Source of the DNA: Octopus vulgaris
Lineage: Eukaryota
DNA length: 64,000 bases
Reading direction: 5' to 3'
Assembly: GCA_951406725.2 (NCBI GenBank)
Contig: OX597814.1
Span: 53,382,001 to 53,446,000, forward strand
Below are positions 43,022 through 60,162 of this stretch, piece by piece. A program made the position numbers and the translations under genes. The first letter of the stretch is position 1, and each line of letters opens with the position of its first letter. The notes beneath the pieces were generated by a model that was not told the origin of the DNA, made no database searches, and saw only the letters and a list, made by a program, of their open reading frames with translations.

Positions 43022-43379
43022 TGCTTTTCAGCTGCCTATTTACATTCTGCAAACTTACTCATAAATTAGTCTAGCACCATGGTAGATAGCCGAATTTACA
43101 AATTTGTTATTTTAGCATGTCATCATTGATTAAATAATACCTATTTTCTGCCGACACAGCGTAAAATAAAAGAATGCAAATATATATATATATATAAATT
43201 TAGATAGCTATGCTCAGTCTAACTTTTATAAATGCTTTAGAAACGTTTATCGTCTCTACTACAGAGATATTACGTACGTTGATGTGTAAGTAATGAAAAA
43301 CGGGAAAGGAATTGGAAAGATATGGATAAGATTGGAAAGATATGGATAAGCATATACATATAAATTATCATTTATCTTG

Positions 43380-44627
43380 CTATGTAATATATCTCGACTT
43401 TGCAAAAGTCTTTGATAAAGTCGACCACGGTATGATCTGTCACAAACTGCGTGCTCTCGTCATAGGCAGAAAACTTGGAGAGTGGCTGCACAACTTCCTA
43501 AAAGACAGAAGACAGGCAGTTGTGAGCAATGGACCCACCTCCAAGGAAACACAAATAACAAGCGGTGTTCCACAGGGCACTGTCTTGGGGCCACTGCTGT
43601 TCATAGTTGCCCTTTCAGACATGCCTTCAGTTGCTACGATGGCCACCCTTGCTAGCTATGCAGATGACACAAAAGTCTCCCACACAATACAAAACCCTGA
43701 AAATATTGCGCATCTGCAACAGGAGTTGGATACAATATACAGGTGGGCTGAGGACAACAACATGCAGTTTAATGCAGGTAAGTTCCAGGCCCTGCGTTAC
43801 CGGCACACAAAGGTAAACGACGTGCAGACTGGATACACTGGCTCAGGAAGAATAGCAATCCCTGAGTCAAAATCAGTGCGTGACCTGGGCATTGACATGA
43901 GCAATGATGCATCTTTCCAAGTGCATATTATTAATCTGGTGATAAAATGCAGACGGCTAGCTGGATGGATTCTCCGAACTTTCAGAACAAGAGAGAAGGA
44001 GACACTGATGGTCCTCTGGAAAACATTCATCCTCAGCCGCTTGGACTACTGCTCCCAACTATGATCACCACACAATATAAAACTAACAGCAGAACTCGAA
44101 GCAATTCAAAGAAGCTACACAAAGAAGATCGTCTCAATGCAAAATATCAGCTACTGGGAAAGACTGAAAGTATTAAACCGCTTCTCCCTAGAGCGAAGGC
44201 GGGAGAGATATGCGGTGATATACATCGGGAAAATCCTGGAGGGTCTTGTCCCAAACTTTGGCATTCAAAGTTACCCCAACCGCAGAACGGGGCGCCACTG
44301 CATGGTGCCAAAGATTCCAACATCACCATCAAAATACAGGTCCAGATACTGCAACAACTTGGGTTTCAGAGGACCACATCTCTTTAACATCCTCCCTAAA
44401 TGCCTGAGAGACTTACATGGTGTGGATGTGGGTTTCTTTAAAACTAAACTAGATCTCTTCTTGTCGGGGGTCCCAGATGAACCTACCTCACGACAGAAGA
44501 CACAGATGCGTTGATCAAGTGCCACGTATCAGAGGTGGATTCACATATTAGTGTAGCTCATTCAGCGGCGATGCCCCAGCATGGCCGCGGCCTTCGGGCT
44601 AAAACATTTTTAAGGATTTAAGGATTT
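43380..44627 (+). mobile_element. 5'-truncated CR1-group LINE (RT ORF2 3' half, 3' UTR and tandem tail)
   Basis: YLDFAKVFDKVDH, SGVPQGTVLGPLLF, YADDTK, RDLGI, SLERRRERY; one in-frame TGA at 44062-44064 where a conserved W is expected; ends (TAAGGATT)x2. Confidence 0.93.
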
Positions 44628-45165
44628 GCTTGTGATATTTTCTTTATGATTATAGTTACAAAACAATTCGACTTACATGTATATTTCTACAACAGCCTGT
44701 GAGTTGTAAAAATTGCATTTATTCAGAAATTAATACGTCTACCTTATGTTTTCTTGTAATTCTAAGCATAACATGAACAACGTGGTATTATAGAATAGTG
44801 AGGAAGGTGATAGTGATTTTTATCAGAATGCTACAGTTGAATAATTTTAGATTCCCTTGTATAAGCAAACATTCAAATTTAGCATCGACACCAATACTAT
44901 CACCTATTAGCAGTCTCTCCAAGTCTAGAGAGAGCTCACTGAGGTCAATGTCAATTCCTCTTATTTCATAGAGTAGTAATAGCCATTATGCGTATATGCC
45001 TTTAGAAAATTGTCACCATTTAAATACATACATATATAAATGCATGTTACATTTCATACATTCAAACATACAAAAATAGAGACAGACATCACAAACTGAC
45101 ATCTTCAACCACGTAGTGCAAGCGTTTAAGATTCGTTTCAATAAGGTTGTTTGCATAACTGAACA

Positions 45166-46055
45166 ACGTTTTTTGTTACTGTTTTCTGTCAGCTTTTGAT
45201 TTTCACTTTTTTCTTTTTGTCTTTACACTTTTAAAAATCGATTGCTGTTACAAGAATTGGAATATCTGCTGTAGTAACTTTTCAAACAACGAACGATCTT
45301 TGTTTTCGAAGGTGTTTAACTGTGAGGTGGTTTTGGTTTTGGTTGAATTTGTTCCAGTAATTCTTTAACCGTTCCACAGAACCGCTAAAAGGATTGTCTT
45401 ACTTTATTTATACAAAATAATTCTTGTATACAGAAATTAAAATATTTATCAGCCGACTGCTTCCTTAAACCATATATAAACTTAATACATTCTTTTCTAC
45501 TCCAGGGACAAGGCCTGAAATTATGGGGGAGGGGGCCAGTCGATTAGATCGACCCTAAAAGGCTATTTTCTGTTATATATGTAAGAGAAACACCGTCCTC
45601 TCAACAACTTAATATTATTCAAACTGGATTTTAAGACTCTTCGTCACCCTGCAGTTCCGCTTCAAGGATCAATATTTGATGGGATTGGCAGTGTCGACAA
45701 AATTATCTCCTTATAACACTACCAAATTTGTCTACTATCAAAGGTGACAAAAGTGTTCAAATCACTTTACTCAATGTTTTCATTCAAATCAATATCTATC
45801 CCGGTGTTGTGAGATAAAGTAAGACAATCCTTTTAACGGTTCTGTGGAACGGTTAAAGAATTACTGGAACAAATTCAACCAAAACCAAAACCACCTCACA
45901 ATTATACACCTTCGAAAACAAAGATCGTTCGTTGTTTGAAAAGTTACTACTGCAGATATTCCAATTCTTGTAACACCAATCGATTTTTAAAAGTGTAAAG
46001 ACAAAAAGTAAAAACAGAAAATCAAAAGCTGGCAGAAAACAGTAACAAAAAACGT
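45166..46055. repeat. ~240-bp inverted duplication
   Basis: 45166-45407 is the reverse complement of 45814-46055 with scattered mismatches. Confidence 0.92.
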
Positions 46056-46676
46056 AAACTTAGTACAAACACCGTTACATAATATTAGCACCATCTCCAT
46101 CTCTTAGCACATATATGTCGCCATATATCACTGATTTGACAGAGATACGACTGTTGAATATCTACGACTTCTATGTATTTTAAAACAGCCATTTCAGGTG
46201 AAATTTTATATAATCTCTAAACTGTCGCTAAAACCATTGTGGAAGTGAAGTTTTATCTATGGTGATACTAAAGTTTGTAAGAAAACATGTGATAACAAGT
46301 GTTGTACAAACAATGCTTGTAAATTTGACATTATGGTTAAATACATTCAGAAAGGAATACTGTATCAATTTCAGTAATAAAACATTGATTATCCTCTCTA
46401 AAACTTTCACTACAGTAGCATGATGAAACGGTGGAAAGATCTGGAAGTTGGACAAGGGAACATGTTGGCGCTCTACAGGATAGTACTCACATATATAACT
46501 AAAGAAATATAATGGAATCCGAGATTCTATACAAAATAATTCTTGTATACAGAAATTAAAATATTTATCAGCCGACTGCTTCCTTAAACCATATAGAAAC
46601 TTAATACATTCTTTTCTACTCTAGGGAAAAGGCCCGAAATTTTGGGGGAGGGGGCCAGTCGATTAGATCGACCCTA
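45411..46676. repeat. ~147-bp direct duplication
   Basis: 45411-45557 matches 46530-46676 with few mismatches. Confidence 0.92.
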
Positions 46677-47004
46677 GCACGCAATTGGTACTAAATTTAT
46701 CGTCCCCGAAAGGATGAAAAGCAAAGGCGACCTCGGTGGAATTTGAACTCAACGTAAAGACAGACGAAATACCTATTTCTTTACAACCCACAAGGGGCTA
46801 AACACAGAGGGGACAAACAAGGACAGACAAACAGATTAAGTCGATTACATCGACCCCAGTGCGTAACTGGTACTTATTTAATCGACCCCGAAAGGATGAA
46901 AGGCAAAGTCGACCTCGGCGGAATTCGAACTCATAACGTAGCGGCAGACGAAATACCGCTAAGCATTTCGCCCGACGTGCTGACGATTCAGCCAGCTCGC
47001 CGCT
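46613..47004 (-). mobile_element. SINE family B, long form with TSD
   Basis: TSD GAAAC(T/G)TAATACATTCT at 46596-46612 and 47007-47023. Confidence 0.9.
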
Positions 47005-47243
47005 TTGAAACGTAATACATTCTGTCTAAAGTAATTCCATTAGCACTATTGCTCATCTGTTGAACGAAGGAAGTATAAAACTGCACTGTATGAAGTGAAG
47101 TATATTACAAAAGCATTGTGATTATACGGCTCAATTACAAAACTTTTTTAAAAATTGGTTTATCTTTCATGGATGATGGAATGACGGCATTTGGTAAAAG
47201 TAACTGCTGCTGTGAATGCTGCTAGTAAAAGGTTTACAAAGTA

Positions 47244-48510
47244 TCAAGTTGTCAAGAAAGTTCTTGCAGAATTTTTAATTTTGGTTTTAAATGATGTATT
47301 TTCAAATAAATTTTCGTTAAAATACTTTGACTTTATATATCATTTTAAAGCCCGTTTTTCGCTCTATCTAATCGTGTTACTCTTTTCCTTTTTGAATAAT
47401 CAGGCCATTTTTTCCGGAACGTTGAATACAACATGGACAAAAAACAAATTCGCACAATTTTCTTATTCCAATTTAAGCTAGGCCGAAAAGCTACTGAAAC
47501 AGCTCCCGATATCAACGATGCGTTTGGCCCAGGAACCACTAATGAACGTACAGCACAATGGTGGTTCAAGAAATTTCTTAGTGGTGACGAGAGTCTTGAA
47601 GATGATAAGCGTAGTGGTCGGCCATCGGATGTTGACAACGATCAACTAAGAGCCATAGTCGAAGCCAATGCACGCACAACTGTTCGAGAGCTTGCTTCTG
47701 AATTAGACGTAACGTTACGACAATTTCCAACCACTTGAAAGAGATTGGAAGAACAAAAATACTTGCTGCACGAATTGAACGACAACCAAAAAAAAAAAAA
47801 CGCCGTTTTGAAGTGTCGTCTTCCCTTCTTTTACGCAACAGGAACGACTCGTTTCTCAACCGATTGTGACTTGTGATGAAAAGGATTTGTTACAACCGGC
47901 GATGCTTAGCTTAGTGGTTGGACGCCGACGAAGCTCCACGGCACTTCCCGATGCCAAAGTTGCACCAAAAGAAGGTCGTGGTGACCGTTTGGTGGTCTGC
48001 GGCTGGTCTCATCCATCACAGCTTTTTGGATCCTGGCGAAACCATTACGGTGGAGAAGTACTGTCAGCAAATGGATGAAATGCATAAGAAACTCCGACAA
48101 CAGCCAGCATTGGTCAATAGAAAAGGATTAATTCTTCTCCACGACAACACTTGGCCGCACGTCGCACAACTGACCCTGCAGAAGTTGAACGAATTGGGCT
48201 ACGAAACTCTGCCTCATCCGCCATATTCACAAGACCTCTCGCCTACCGACTACCACTTTTTCAAGCATCTCGACAACTTCCTGCGGGAGAAATGCTTCAA
48301 AAATCTAGACGATTCCAAACACGCCTTCAACGACTTCATCGCCACCAGAACGCAGGATATTTATGCTACTGGCATAAATAAACTTGTTTCTCGTTGGCAA
48401 AAGTGTGTTGATTCTGATGGTTTTTATTTCGATTAAGTTTTGTTTGAGCCGAGATATGTGCATCTGAATTTAAAAGGTTAAAAACCACGAGTACTTTCTT
48501 GACAATCTAT
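47244..48510 (+). mobile_element. Full-length defective mariner (cecropia/Hsmar1-like), transposase 47433-48436
   Basis: Diverged TIRs sharing TTGTCAAGAAAGT, TA flanks, ~1.27 kb; MDKKQIRTIFLFQFKLGRKA, TCDEK, LLHDN, HPPYSQDLSPTDYHFF (DD34D); frameshifted. Confidence 0.95.
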
Positions 48511-49548
48511 TAAAACTATACGACCACCCTTCAACGGAGCGTTTACGCGGTCTCCAGACCTGTTCGTAATAGCAGTCAGATCTTTTTTCGAGTTACATCT
48601 CACTGTTTTAAAATAAGGAGGACATACTGAATAATGTGTTCCTAGATAGACGAAGTTAGGTCTGTTATAGGATGAAATGCATTTGGTCAAAGATTTGCTT
48701 GACCAAGCAACAACTATAATTCCACTTCTTGTAATACCAATCAAGTTCAGCAAAGTATCTAAAAACGTGTCAAAAGCTGTGACTGATGCGGTTAGTGCTC
48801 ACTCGAGATACAGTAGGAAAGGGGTCGAAAATTTTCACAGATCGGTAATCATTGAGCGAAATGAATCGAGAATAGTGTCTTGTATGGGGCTTAATTGTTG
48901 AGACACAGTGAATATGACGGGGTGGAATGTAGCTGGTAAGGATCTGGTAGGCCTCGGTGCAAATAGTATCCAGTACTGCCAATCTACCTACCTACTTACA
49001 TATCTACCTACCTACCTACCTACCTACCTACCTACCTACCTACCTACCTACCTACCTACCTACCTACCCACCTACCTACCTATCTACCTACCAACATGCG
49101 CACATTTGTATATGTGTATATGTATTCTTGTATATTGTATATGTATTCTTGTATACATATATTGTATACGTATTCTTCTTGTTTTAATTCTTCCTATAAA
49201 AGCCAGTTTCCAACTAAAAAACAAGGATCTATCATTAAAATGTAGGCGTAAACAAGTGTATTTTATAAAAGATTAAATGTTTTGTCATCAGACAGAATTT
49301 AGAATAATTGTTAGATATACATTTGTTTGCCAGGTGGTTACAGATACACTCACAGGTAAATTTATAATCCACTAAGTTAAACATTTCGGAGAAGTTGTCC
49401 TTATTTTTTCCCACTATTAATTTTGAATAGATTAAGCTCAACTGTTCTGTGTCTTTATCAGTGGTCTATCAGCAGCAATGTCACATGTGATCAGCGCATT
49501 AATGTGAGTAGCAATCAGTTTTACAATATTTGACTTCGTACTTTGTTG

Positions 49549-51530
<1,982 letters not shown>

Positions 51531-52544
51531 CTTCGTTGTGAATAGTATTTGGTATCCTCAAGAGAAAAGGCAACGAACGAAGCAGTCGTTAAGATGTCAT
51601 ATGGCATCAATCAGACACCACTTGCTAAAGTACAGTAGTAAAAAGGAAGTTTAAAAAATACATCTATCAAATTCTCAAAAGTTTGGAAAACATGTTGCAT
51701 GTCGGAAGTGAGAAGTTCGAGAAGCAGTTTGTATCTGAAGATATTCTTAGAGCGCGAGACTGATCTTCTTATCAAAGACTTTGAGAAGACATATTCTGGA
51801 TACATAATTACAAGGAATCTTGAAATTGATACCAAAATTGTTGTCACATTTCGAAAATTATGTTTTTGCAATACCGCAGTAAGTTATAGCTACAACATTT
51901 TTGTTACATAAAAGTGATATGAATCCCCTTAAACCTCATGATTCGACCGAAAATTACATTTATGTTGACGACATTATGTCTTTCATCAAGAGCTTCCTGA
52001 AAATCTCATTAAGAATACTTTCCTTCGAGGCATCGCATTCGTATTAAAGCAATATATGCTTATATCCGTAAGAAAGACTGCTTTAGGATAAATATACCTG
52101 ACGTTTTAATATCGAGAGTATTGGAAATACATCCTCATCAAAACTTCTGCCAAATATAAATTAACAGGTTTGAGGGCATTTTGGACAGAAAACAAGAATT
52201 TATGCACTGTTGTTGTAGAGGTGAACATTTTATTTAAAATCAATGCAAAAGAGAAAATATAAGAACAACGTCTCTGTAAAGTACAACTAGCTTAGGTTAT
52301 GAATTTACTTGTCTACCTATAATCATTAGCCCACTTGGTTACTTACTAGATGGGTGATTTAATGTTTATAGGTAAAAAAAAAACCTAGCACATACTAAAT
52401 TCAATTTTTTTTTTCTAAAATATACTTGTTACTACCTGAATTTCAATGAGGGAGCCTTTGTTTTTCATATAGAAACTGGATTTTGCAGAAAGAATTAAAA
52501 ATAGAATATATATATTCATACACACATAAAAAAACTTATGGATG

Positions 52545-52572
52545 TAGAAAGAAAGTAAGAAAGAAAGAAAAA

Positions 52573-52652
<80 letters not shown>

Positions 52653-52810
52653 AGGAAGGAAGGAAGGAAGGAAAGGAAGGAAGGAAGGAAGGAAGGAAGG
52701 AAGGAAGGAAAGACGGAAGGAAAGAAAGAAAGAAAGAAGGAAAGAAAGAAGGAAGGAAGGAAAGAAAGAAAGAAGGAAAGAAGGAAAGAAAGAAATAAAG
52801 AAAGAAAGAG
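52545..52810. repeat. (GAAA)n/(GGAA)n polypurine microsatellite
   Basis: Direct reading; ~265-bp purine tract. Confidence 0.95.
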
Positions 52811-52865
52811 ATAAATACATAAGCCGGTACACAGCTAGATAAGTAGGCCGACAAACAAACAGAGG

Positions 52866-53457
<592 letters not shown>

Positions 53458-54540
53458 ATATCTCTCTTCCCACATTCCATATTCTTTCTCTTTCTTATCT
53501 AGAACTATGTCCACCTGGAAATCCAACCTTATTCCATGTGTAATCTCCAAACACTTAGCTACTACAATGCAAATAAAATATTGTTCCTACTCTATTGCAG
53601 ATAATCTTTTGCAACTGAAGAACATACACTCCTGGATATAGAGACGTTTACATGATATGTGTGAGTTAGGGAGACACTTGTACGCTTCAGTGCAGACCGT
53701 AAACACTTCCAGAATCAGAGTACAAAAACAAAGTATAGGAAGACGCAAGCTGAATATAACGAGATTATATGCTCGCTATTCCTTCCTGTAAGATGAGCAA
53801 AGACAATGAAGAATGAAGTGTCCTTCTCAAAAAGCACCAAATAACAGTAGAATTGTATCTGATAATCAGTGAAGTTGTTAGCACATTCATGTATCCAACG
53901 ATTTCAGATTAACCACCTTTGTTATATACATGCAATTACGTAAACTATATATAACCCGTGTGAATCTTATCACAGGATAGGATTCTTGTTCAGGACCAGA
54001 AAATAATCTGGTTTTGATAGGTTTTTTAGCTTCTATAAACCCCAAGTAAAACCCACATTAGTGTACATCTCATATATCCGGAACTGTCTTGTCGCAAATA
54101 TCCTTTAAGATAGGTTCACTTCACTGAACGTAAAAAAAAGCATACACATACACTTATAACGACAACGGCGAATCGTTTGCGATGCTTGTCCCGACTTTCT
54201 ATACTTTGAGTCTAAATCCGAGTTCAACGCTGCCTATCATCCTTCTAGATTCGATAAATAAGTCTGAATACATGTAGAATTCGAACGTTCTATGTCAGTT
54301 AATAAAATAATTATGCCCACTTTTATGTTGCTTTCAGGACAACACTCCTATGTACTTTAAAATATAAAATATTTCATAAAGATTTTGATTCGCGTGCATA
54401 TGTCATAATCCGATTATAGCTAATTTCAACTAGAGAATGTCGTTGAGTGAAGAAGTTAAAAGTTACTACGTAAGACACTTATCTTTATATCGCATGGAAT
54501 GACAGGTGAATCTATGATTAAGAGAAAATATCTTTTTTTT

Positions 54541-55058
<518 letters not shown>

Positions 55059-55059
55059 C

Positions 55060-55460
55060 ATTCACTTGCTGGATCTGGAGAAAAAAGACAACGTTCCTGG
55101 ATTTCGGGAGTCCTCCCAGACAGGTGAGATTGATGCTATTAAATTTCTCATCCGAGAGGGCGTTCCAGAATACTGAAGTTCTGAGGACAATCATGCACGA
55201 AGTGGTTCGTGCGGGGCTATTCGGAAAAAATGCGGGATGAGAGAAAGAAAGATGAATGAGTTGAGAGAGACTCGTTGGAAATGGAGCGAAACCAAGCAGG
55301 TCTGAGGAAAAGCTGCCGTAAAAGGCAGGAACACCAGACATAGGAGACAAGTTTATGAGGTAGAAATGGAGCGAGTCTGTGAGCCAATTCAAACCAATAA
55401 GTCGAGCGGTTTTCACTAGATTTGGTCAAAAATGCAAGCGTGTAATGAAACCGCACCGTC
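55060..55460 (-). mobile_element. Old LINE (L2/CR1-group-like) 3' fragment
   Basis: KTARLIG...LTDSL...FYG.FSSDL...SHP...RT...RTSVFWNAL resembles the C-terminal region of such ORF2 proteins. Confidence 0.5.
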
Positions 55461-55475
55461 CTGAATGAGAGAGAA

Positions 55476-55557
<82 letters not shown>

Positions 55558-55717
55558 CATATTCGTAGCCACTTCAATATGGTTGTCCGTTCGAACGGAT
55601 CTTACTGCGATTTTTTAACCCCAAGAGGACAGCTCCTCTGGCTGGTTAACGATGCACAGCTGCATCCGAAATATTGCCAGCAGGGTCCGACACCCTACCA
55701 CCTTCTAACGACGGGAC

Positions 55718-55765
55718 CAGCAGACCACTCTGGTTTCGGGCTATTTCTGCCTGTCTTCAGTACTG
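55718..55765 (-). ncRNA. Type I hammerhead ribozyme
   Basis: Minus strand: cagta CTGAAGA ca ggc-agaaata-gcc c GAAA cca-gag-tgg TC tgctg; intact core, GUC triplet, real stem III. Confidence 0.78.
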
Positions 55766-55890
55766 AATACTTCTTGTACAAGAGGTGGCGATAGCTCTCT
55801 TCTGCTCGCAACATATATATAATTCCAACGACAAGGAGTTGCTGATTTTGCAACAAGCAAACGCTGTTGCTTATATGTGTGTATATATAT

Positions 55891-56283
55891 ACTCTTTTAC
55901 TCTTTTACTTGTTTCAGTCATTTGACTGCGGCCATGCTCGAGCACCGCCTTTAGTCGAACAAATCGACCCCGGGACTTATTCTTTGTAAGCCCAGTACTT
56001 ATTCTATCGGTCTCTTTTGCCGAACCGCTAAGTGACGGGACGTAAACACACCAGCATCGGTTGTCAAGCAATGCTTGGGGTACAAACACAGACACACAAA
56101 CATATACACACACACTTATATATATATACATATATACGACAGGCTTCTTTCAGTTTCCGTCTACCAAATCCACTCACAAGGCATTGGTCGGCCAGGGGCT
56201 ATAGCAGAAGACACTTGCCCAAGATGCCACGCAGTGGGACTGAACCCGCAACCATGTGGTTGGTTAGCAAGCTACTTACCACA
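55891..56283 (-). mobile_element. SINE family A
   Basis: Close match to the reverse complement of 52916-53380. Confidence 0.9.
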
Positions 56284-56374
56284 TATATATATATATATAC
56301 AATATACACATACATACATGCATATGTATATATATAATATATATACACACATACATATATATGTATATATATAC

Positions 56375-56413
<39 letters not shown>

Positions 56414-56444
56414 TATACATTTATACATAATGATATATATATTA

Positions 56445-56536
<92 letters not shown>

Positions 56537-56589
56537 ACTTGACCACTTGACCGACCAGTCCGTCAGGCGTCCATTTGACACTGCTGAGG

Positions 56590-56728
56590 GGTTTTAGTCG
56601 AACAAATAAGCCTTGCACTTAATATATCGGACAGTTTTGCTGAACCGCTAAGTTACAAGGACGTAAAAACACCGATGGTCAAGTGGTGATAGGGGAACAA
56701 ACACAGACACAAAGATATACACACACAG

Positions 56729-56759
<31 letters not shown>

Positions 56760-56917
56760 CGACGGACTACTTTCGGTTTTTGTCTACTAAATCCACTCAG
56801 GAGGTTTTGGTGGGCCAGAGGCTATAGTAGATGACACTTGCTCAAGGTGCCACGTAGAGGGACTGAACCCGGAACCATGTGTTAAGGAAGCGAGGTTTTA
56901 GCCACACAACCACGCCT
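56590..56917 (-). mobile_element. SINE family A, diverged copy
   Basis: GAACCGCTAAGTTAC, CTATAGTAGATGACACTTGCTCAAGGTGCCACG, GGACTGAACCCGGAACCATGTG. Confidence 0.8.
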
Positions 56918-56936
56918 ACACGTTTCTTTCTATCTC

Positions 56937-57016
<80 letters not shown>

Positions 57017-57095
57017 AAACTAGATTGATATATAGATATAGCTATATAGATATATATACATGTACATACATACATATATACATTTATATATATAC

Positions 57096-57149
<54 letters not shown>

Positions 57150-57699
57150 GCGGGGAGAGATACTCGTTCTCCCTTGATTTAACGTCCTGTTGTTTGCATT
57201 TGTATTTGTGTACCATTTCTCCGTTTTTTCTTTTTCGTCCTTGCTTTCATATACATTCGCTGCTTTCTTCCAGAGAATCTTGTGCTCTTAGTTTAGATTT
57301 TCCTTGGGGCTGGCCAGATTGGAGCAGTCTCGAGTATAACCAGCCAAAACTGCAAATCCAATTTGCAACTCGACTGACGAAAGAAAACTCCGAATGACTG
57401 TCTGTTTTTTCTTTTTCGTTTTACCTTATCTCTCTCGAATGTTTTGTTTTTTTTTTTTATAAAATATATGAAAATTCTATTTTTATCATCTTCTAATGGT
57501 GTGAACGTATTACGTCATAGTGAATCCCCCATTCTCAGGCCGCCTTCGTCTGTACTGTGGATACCCGTCGCCGCCAGTCTGGGTCTCCTCCACGAACCTC
57601 TTTTTGTAGTGGCTGGAGCGACCCAATTCTTGGATCGTTCGTAAACGTTCATAACAGAAAGTAGCGGTTGAAACGACTTGTAATGGAAAGAGGAAATTA

Positions 57700-57912
57700 T
57701 ATTGTATTACAGAGGGAAATGGTTATGTATGTAGTTTTATCGATTTTTTTCGTAATTGGGAGTTATTTTGACCGAAATAATGACCCTACGACCTAAGTTA
57801 TGGTATTTAGAATATTAATTCCAATTTTTCATCCACTAAATTTGGAATTGTGTAAATGTATGAATTTTCAACATACATACACACAGAGAAAATCTGCCTT
57901 TTATAGATAAGA
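57700..57912 (-). mobile_element. Possible Helitron 5' end
   Basis: Minus strand A^TCTTATCTATAAAAGGCAG...TGTGTGTATGTATG resembles the starts at 20802 and 21310; no 3' CTAG end found. Confidence 0.35.
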
Positions 57913-58420
57913 TATATATATATATGTATATATATATATTCGAAACGCGGAGTAGACGAAACAGGGACAACTGAAGAAGGGGAATATTCCTTGTATTGTC
58001 TTGTACTCTGTTTTTTTCGTTGTTTGAAAAAAAGTCCGTTTCTACGTTTTTGTTTTCATGTTTTCATTTCTCATTGTGTCCCACCTTTTTTATGTCCTGT
58101 ACCCATATTTGCATCTATATATACATATATATGTAGGTATGTGCATATCTGTATGTATATATGCATATATGTATATATTATTTATATTATATGTCGTAAG
58201 TCCAAAACTTTGCTTTTTCAGGAAACGAAAAATAGTTTCACCATTCCATAGCGAACCTGTTGTACTACACTTTGACAACTATTGATATCTTGACATCTTA
58301 AGTAGCGGGAGATACAATAGTTTTACTAAAACAACCAGCTATTGCAAGCAAAAATGAGTATTGAAAAAACGCATTTGTACTAATTTGAACATACGACAGT
58401 TTAACATAATAGCAGAGAGA

Positions 58421-58451
<31 letters not shown>

Positions 58452-58546
58452 AAAGAAACAACAACGCGAGGACGTGGTACAGGCAAAGTATTAAAAGACG
58501 CTCAGAGAAGGAAAGAAAGGGTGTTTTACGTTTCGACCAATGCTCT

Positions 58547-58585
<39 letters not shown>

Positions 58586-58894
58586 CATGCATATATATGT
58601 ATGTATGTATGTATGTACATGCATACATACACGCACACACACACGCACATATATATATATATATATATACATACATATACATAAAATGTTTATGTGCGTG
58701 CGTGTGTGCGTGTGTATGTATACATATATATGTATATTTGATTTTGATCGGCTACCGACTTGGTAGAAATATGATTTAACCGTCATCCTTTAAATCTTAA
58801 GAAAGGACTTGCAGATTTTTATAGTCCCAGATATCGTGATCATTTGTAACTTATGAATTAAGGATTTGCATGTATGTACTGTATGTATCAATCA

Positions 58895-59044
<150 letters not shown>

Positions 59045-59231
59045 CATACATATTTACCTATCTGTCTCTCTACGTATTTTACTCCCAGTGTACCTAACTC
59101 TATGACGATTACCTCAGGTCTTTTTCGGACATCTAAATATTCAAACAGCCTATTGTTACCGTCTTTCAATCTCACGTACTCTTTACACACACACACACAC
59201 ACACACAAACGAACACATACGTTATATGTAT

Positions 59232-59277
<46 letters not shown>

Positions 59278-59649
59278 TCTTTTATTTGTTTCAATCATTC
59301 GGTTACGGCCATGGTGGAGCACCGCCTTGGAAGGTTTAATCGATGAATTACCGAACAAATCAAGCCCGGATTATATTAAAGCCTATCATTTCAACCTATA
59401 TATAAAATACACACAAACACCGCACACAAGATACAAAAATACACAAATAAATATATACACTCACACACACATATACATACATACATACACACATACATAC
59501 GTACATATATACATATATACGACGTCTACCAAATCCATTCACAAGGATTTGGTCGACCCGAGGTTATAGTAGAAGACACTTGCCCAAAGTGACATGTAGT
59601 GGGACTGTACCCGGAGCCATGTGGTTGGGAAGGAATCCAAACATGCGCC
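59278..59649 (-). mobile_element. SINE family A, rearranged copy
   Basis: Tail GGCCATGGTGGAGCACCGCC and head GGGACTGTACCCGGAGCCATGTGG. Confidence 0.75.
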
Positions 59650-60049
59650 TATAGATATAAATATAAATATAAATAGACGGATACATACACACATAAATAC
59701 ATACATACATACATACATACATACATACATACATACATACATACATACATACATACATACATACACATACATACATACATACGTACGTACATATATACAT
59801 ACATATGTGTGTAGTGGGGTGTAACAAATTAAATCTATCAGTGGGCGTAGCAATCATTCCAAGCACTTACGGATAAGATAATTTTGACATCATTCCTTAA
59901 TTAATAGAGCAAAAGAAATACTGCGACCTTTCATACCTGCGCTCAAAGGAGAATTCTAACTCTTTCTCTCCCACCCCTTCTCTCTATATCTATCATTTTT
60001 ATCACTTTATGTGTATATATATATATACATACATACATATATATGTATA

Positions 60050-60162
<113 letters not shown>

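Noticed and set aside
48770-48982. Possible old LINE C-terminal fragment on the minus strand
   Set aside because: Similarity too weak to support by eye.
51699-51911. Non-repetitive 70-aa ORF with a nearby GTAAGT
   Set aside because: No recognisable domain and no convincing acceptor or partner exon.
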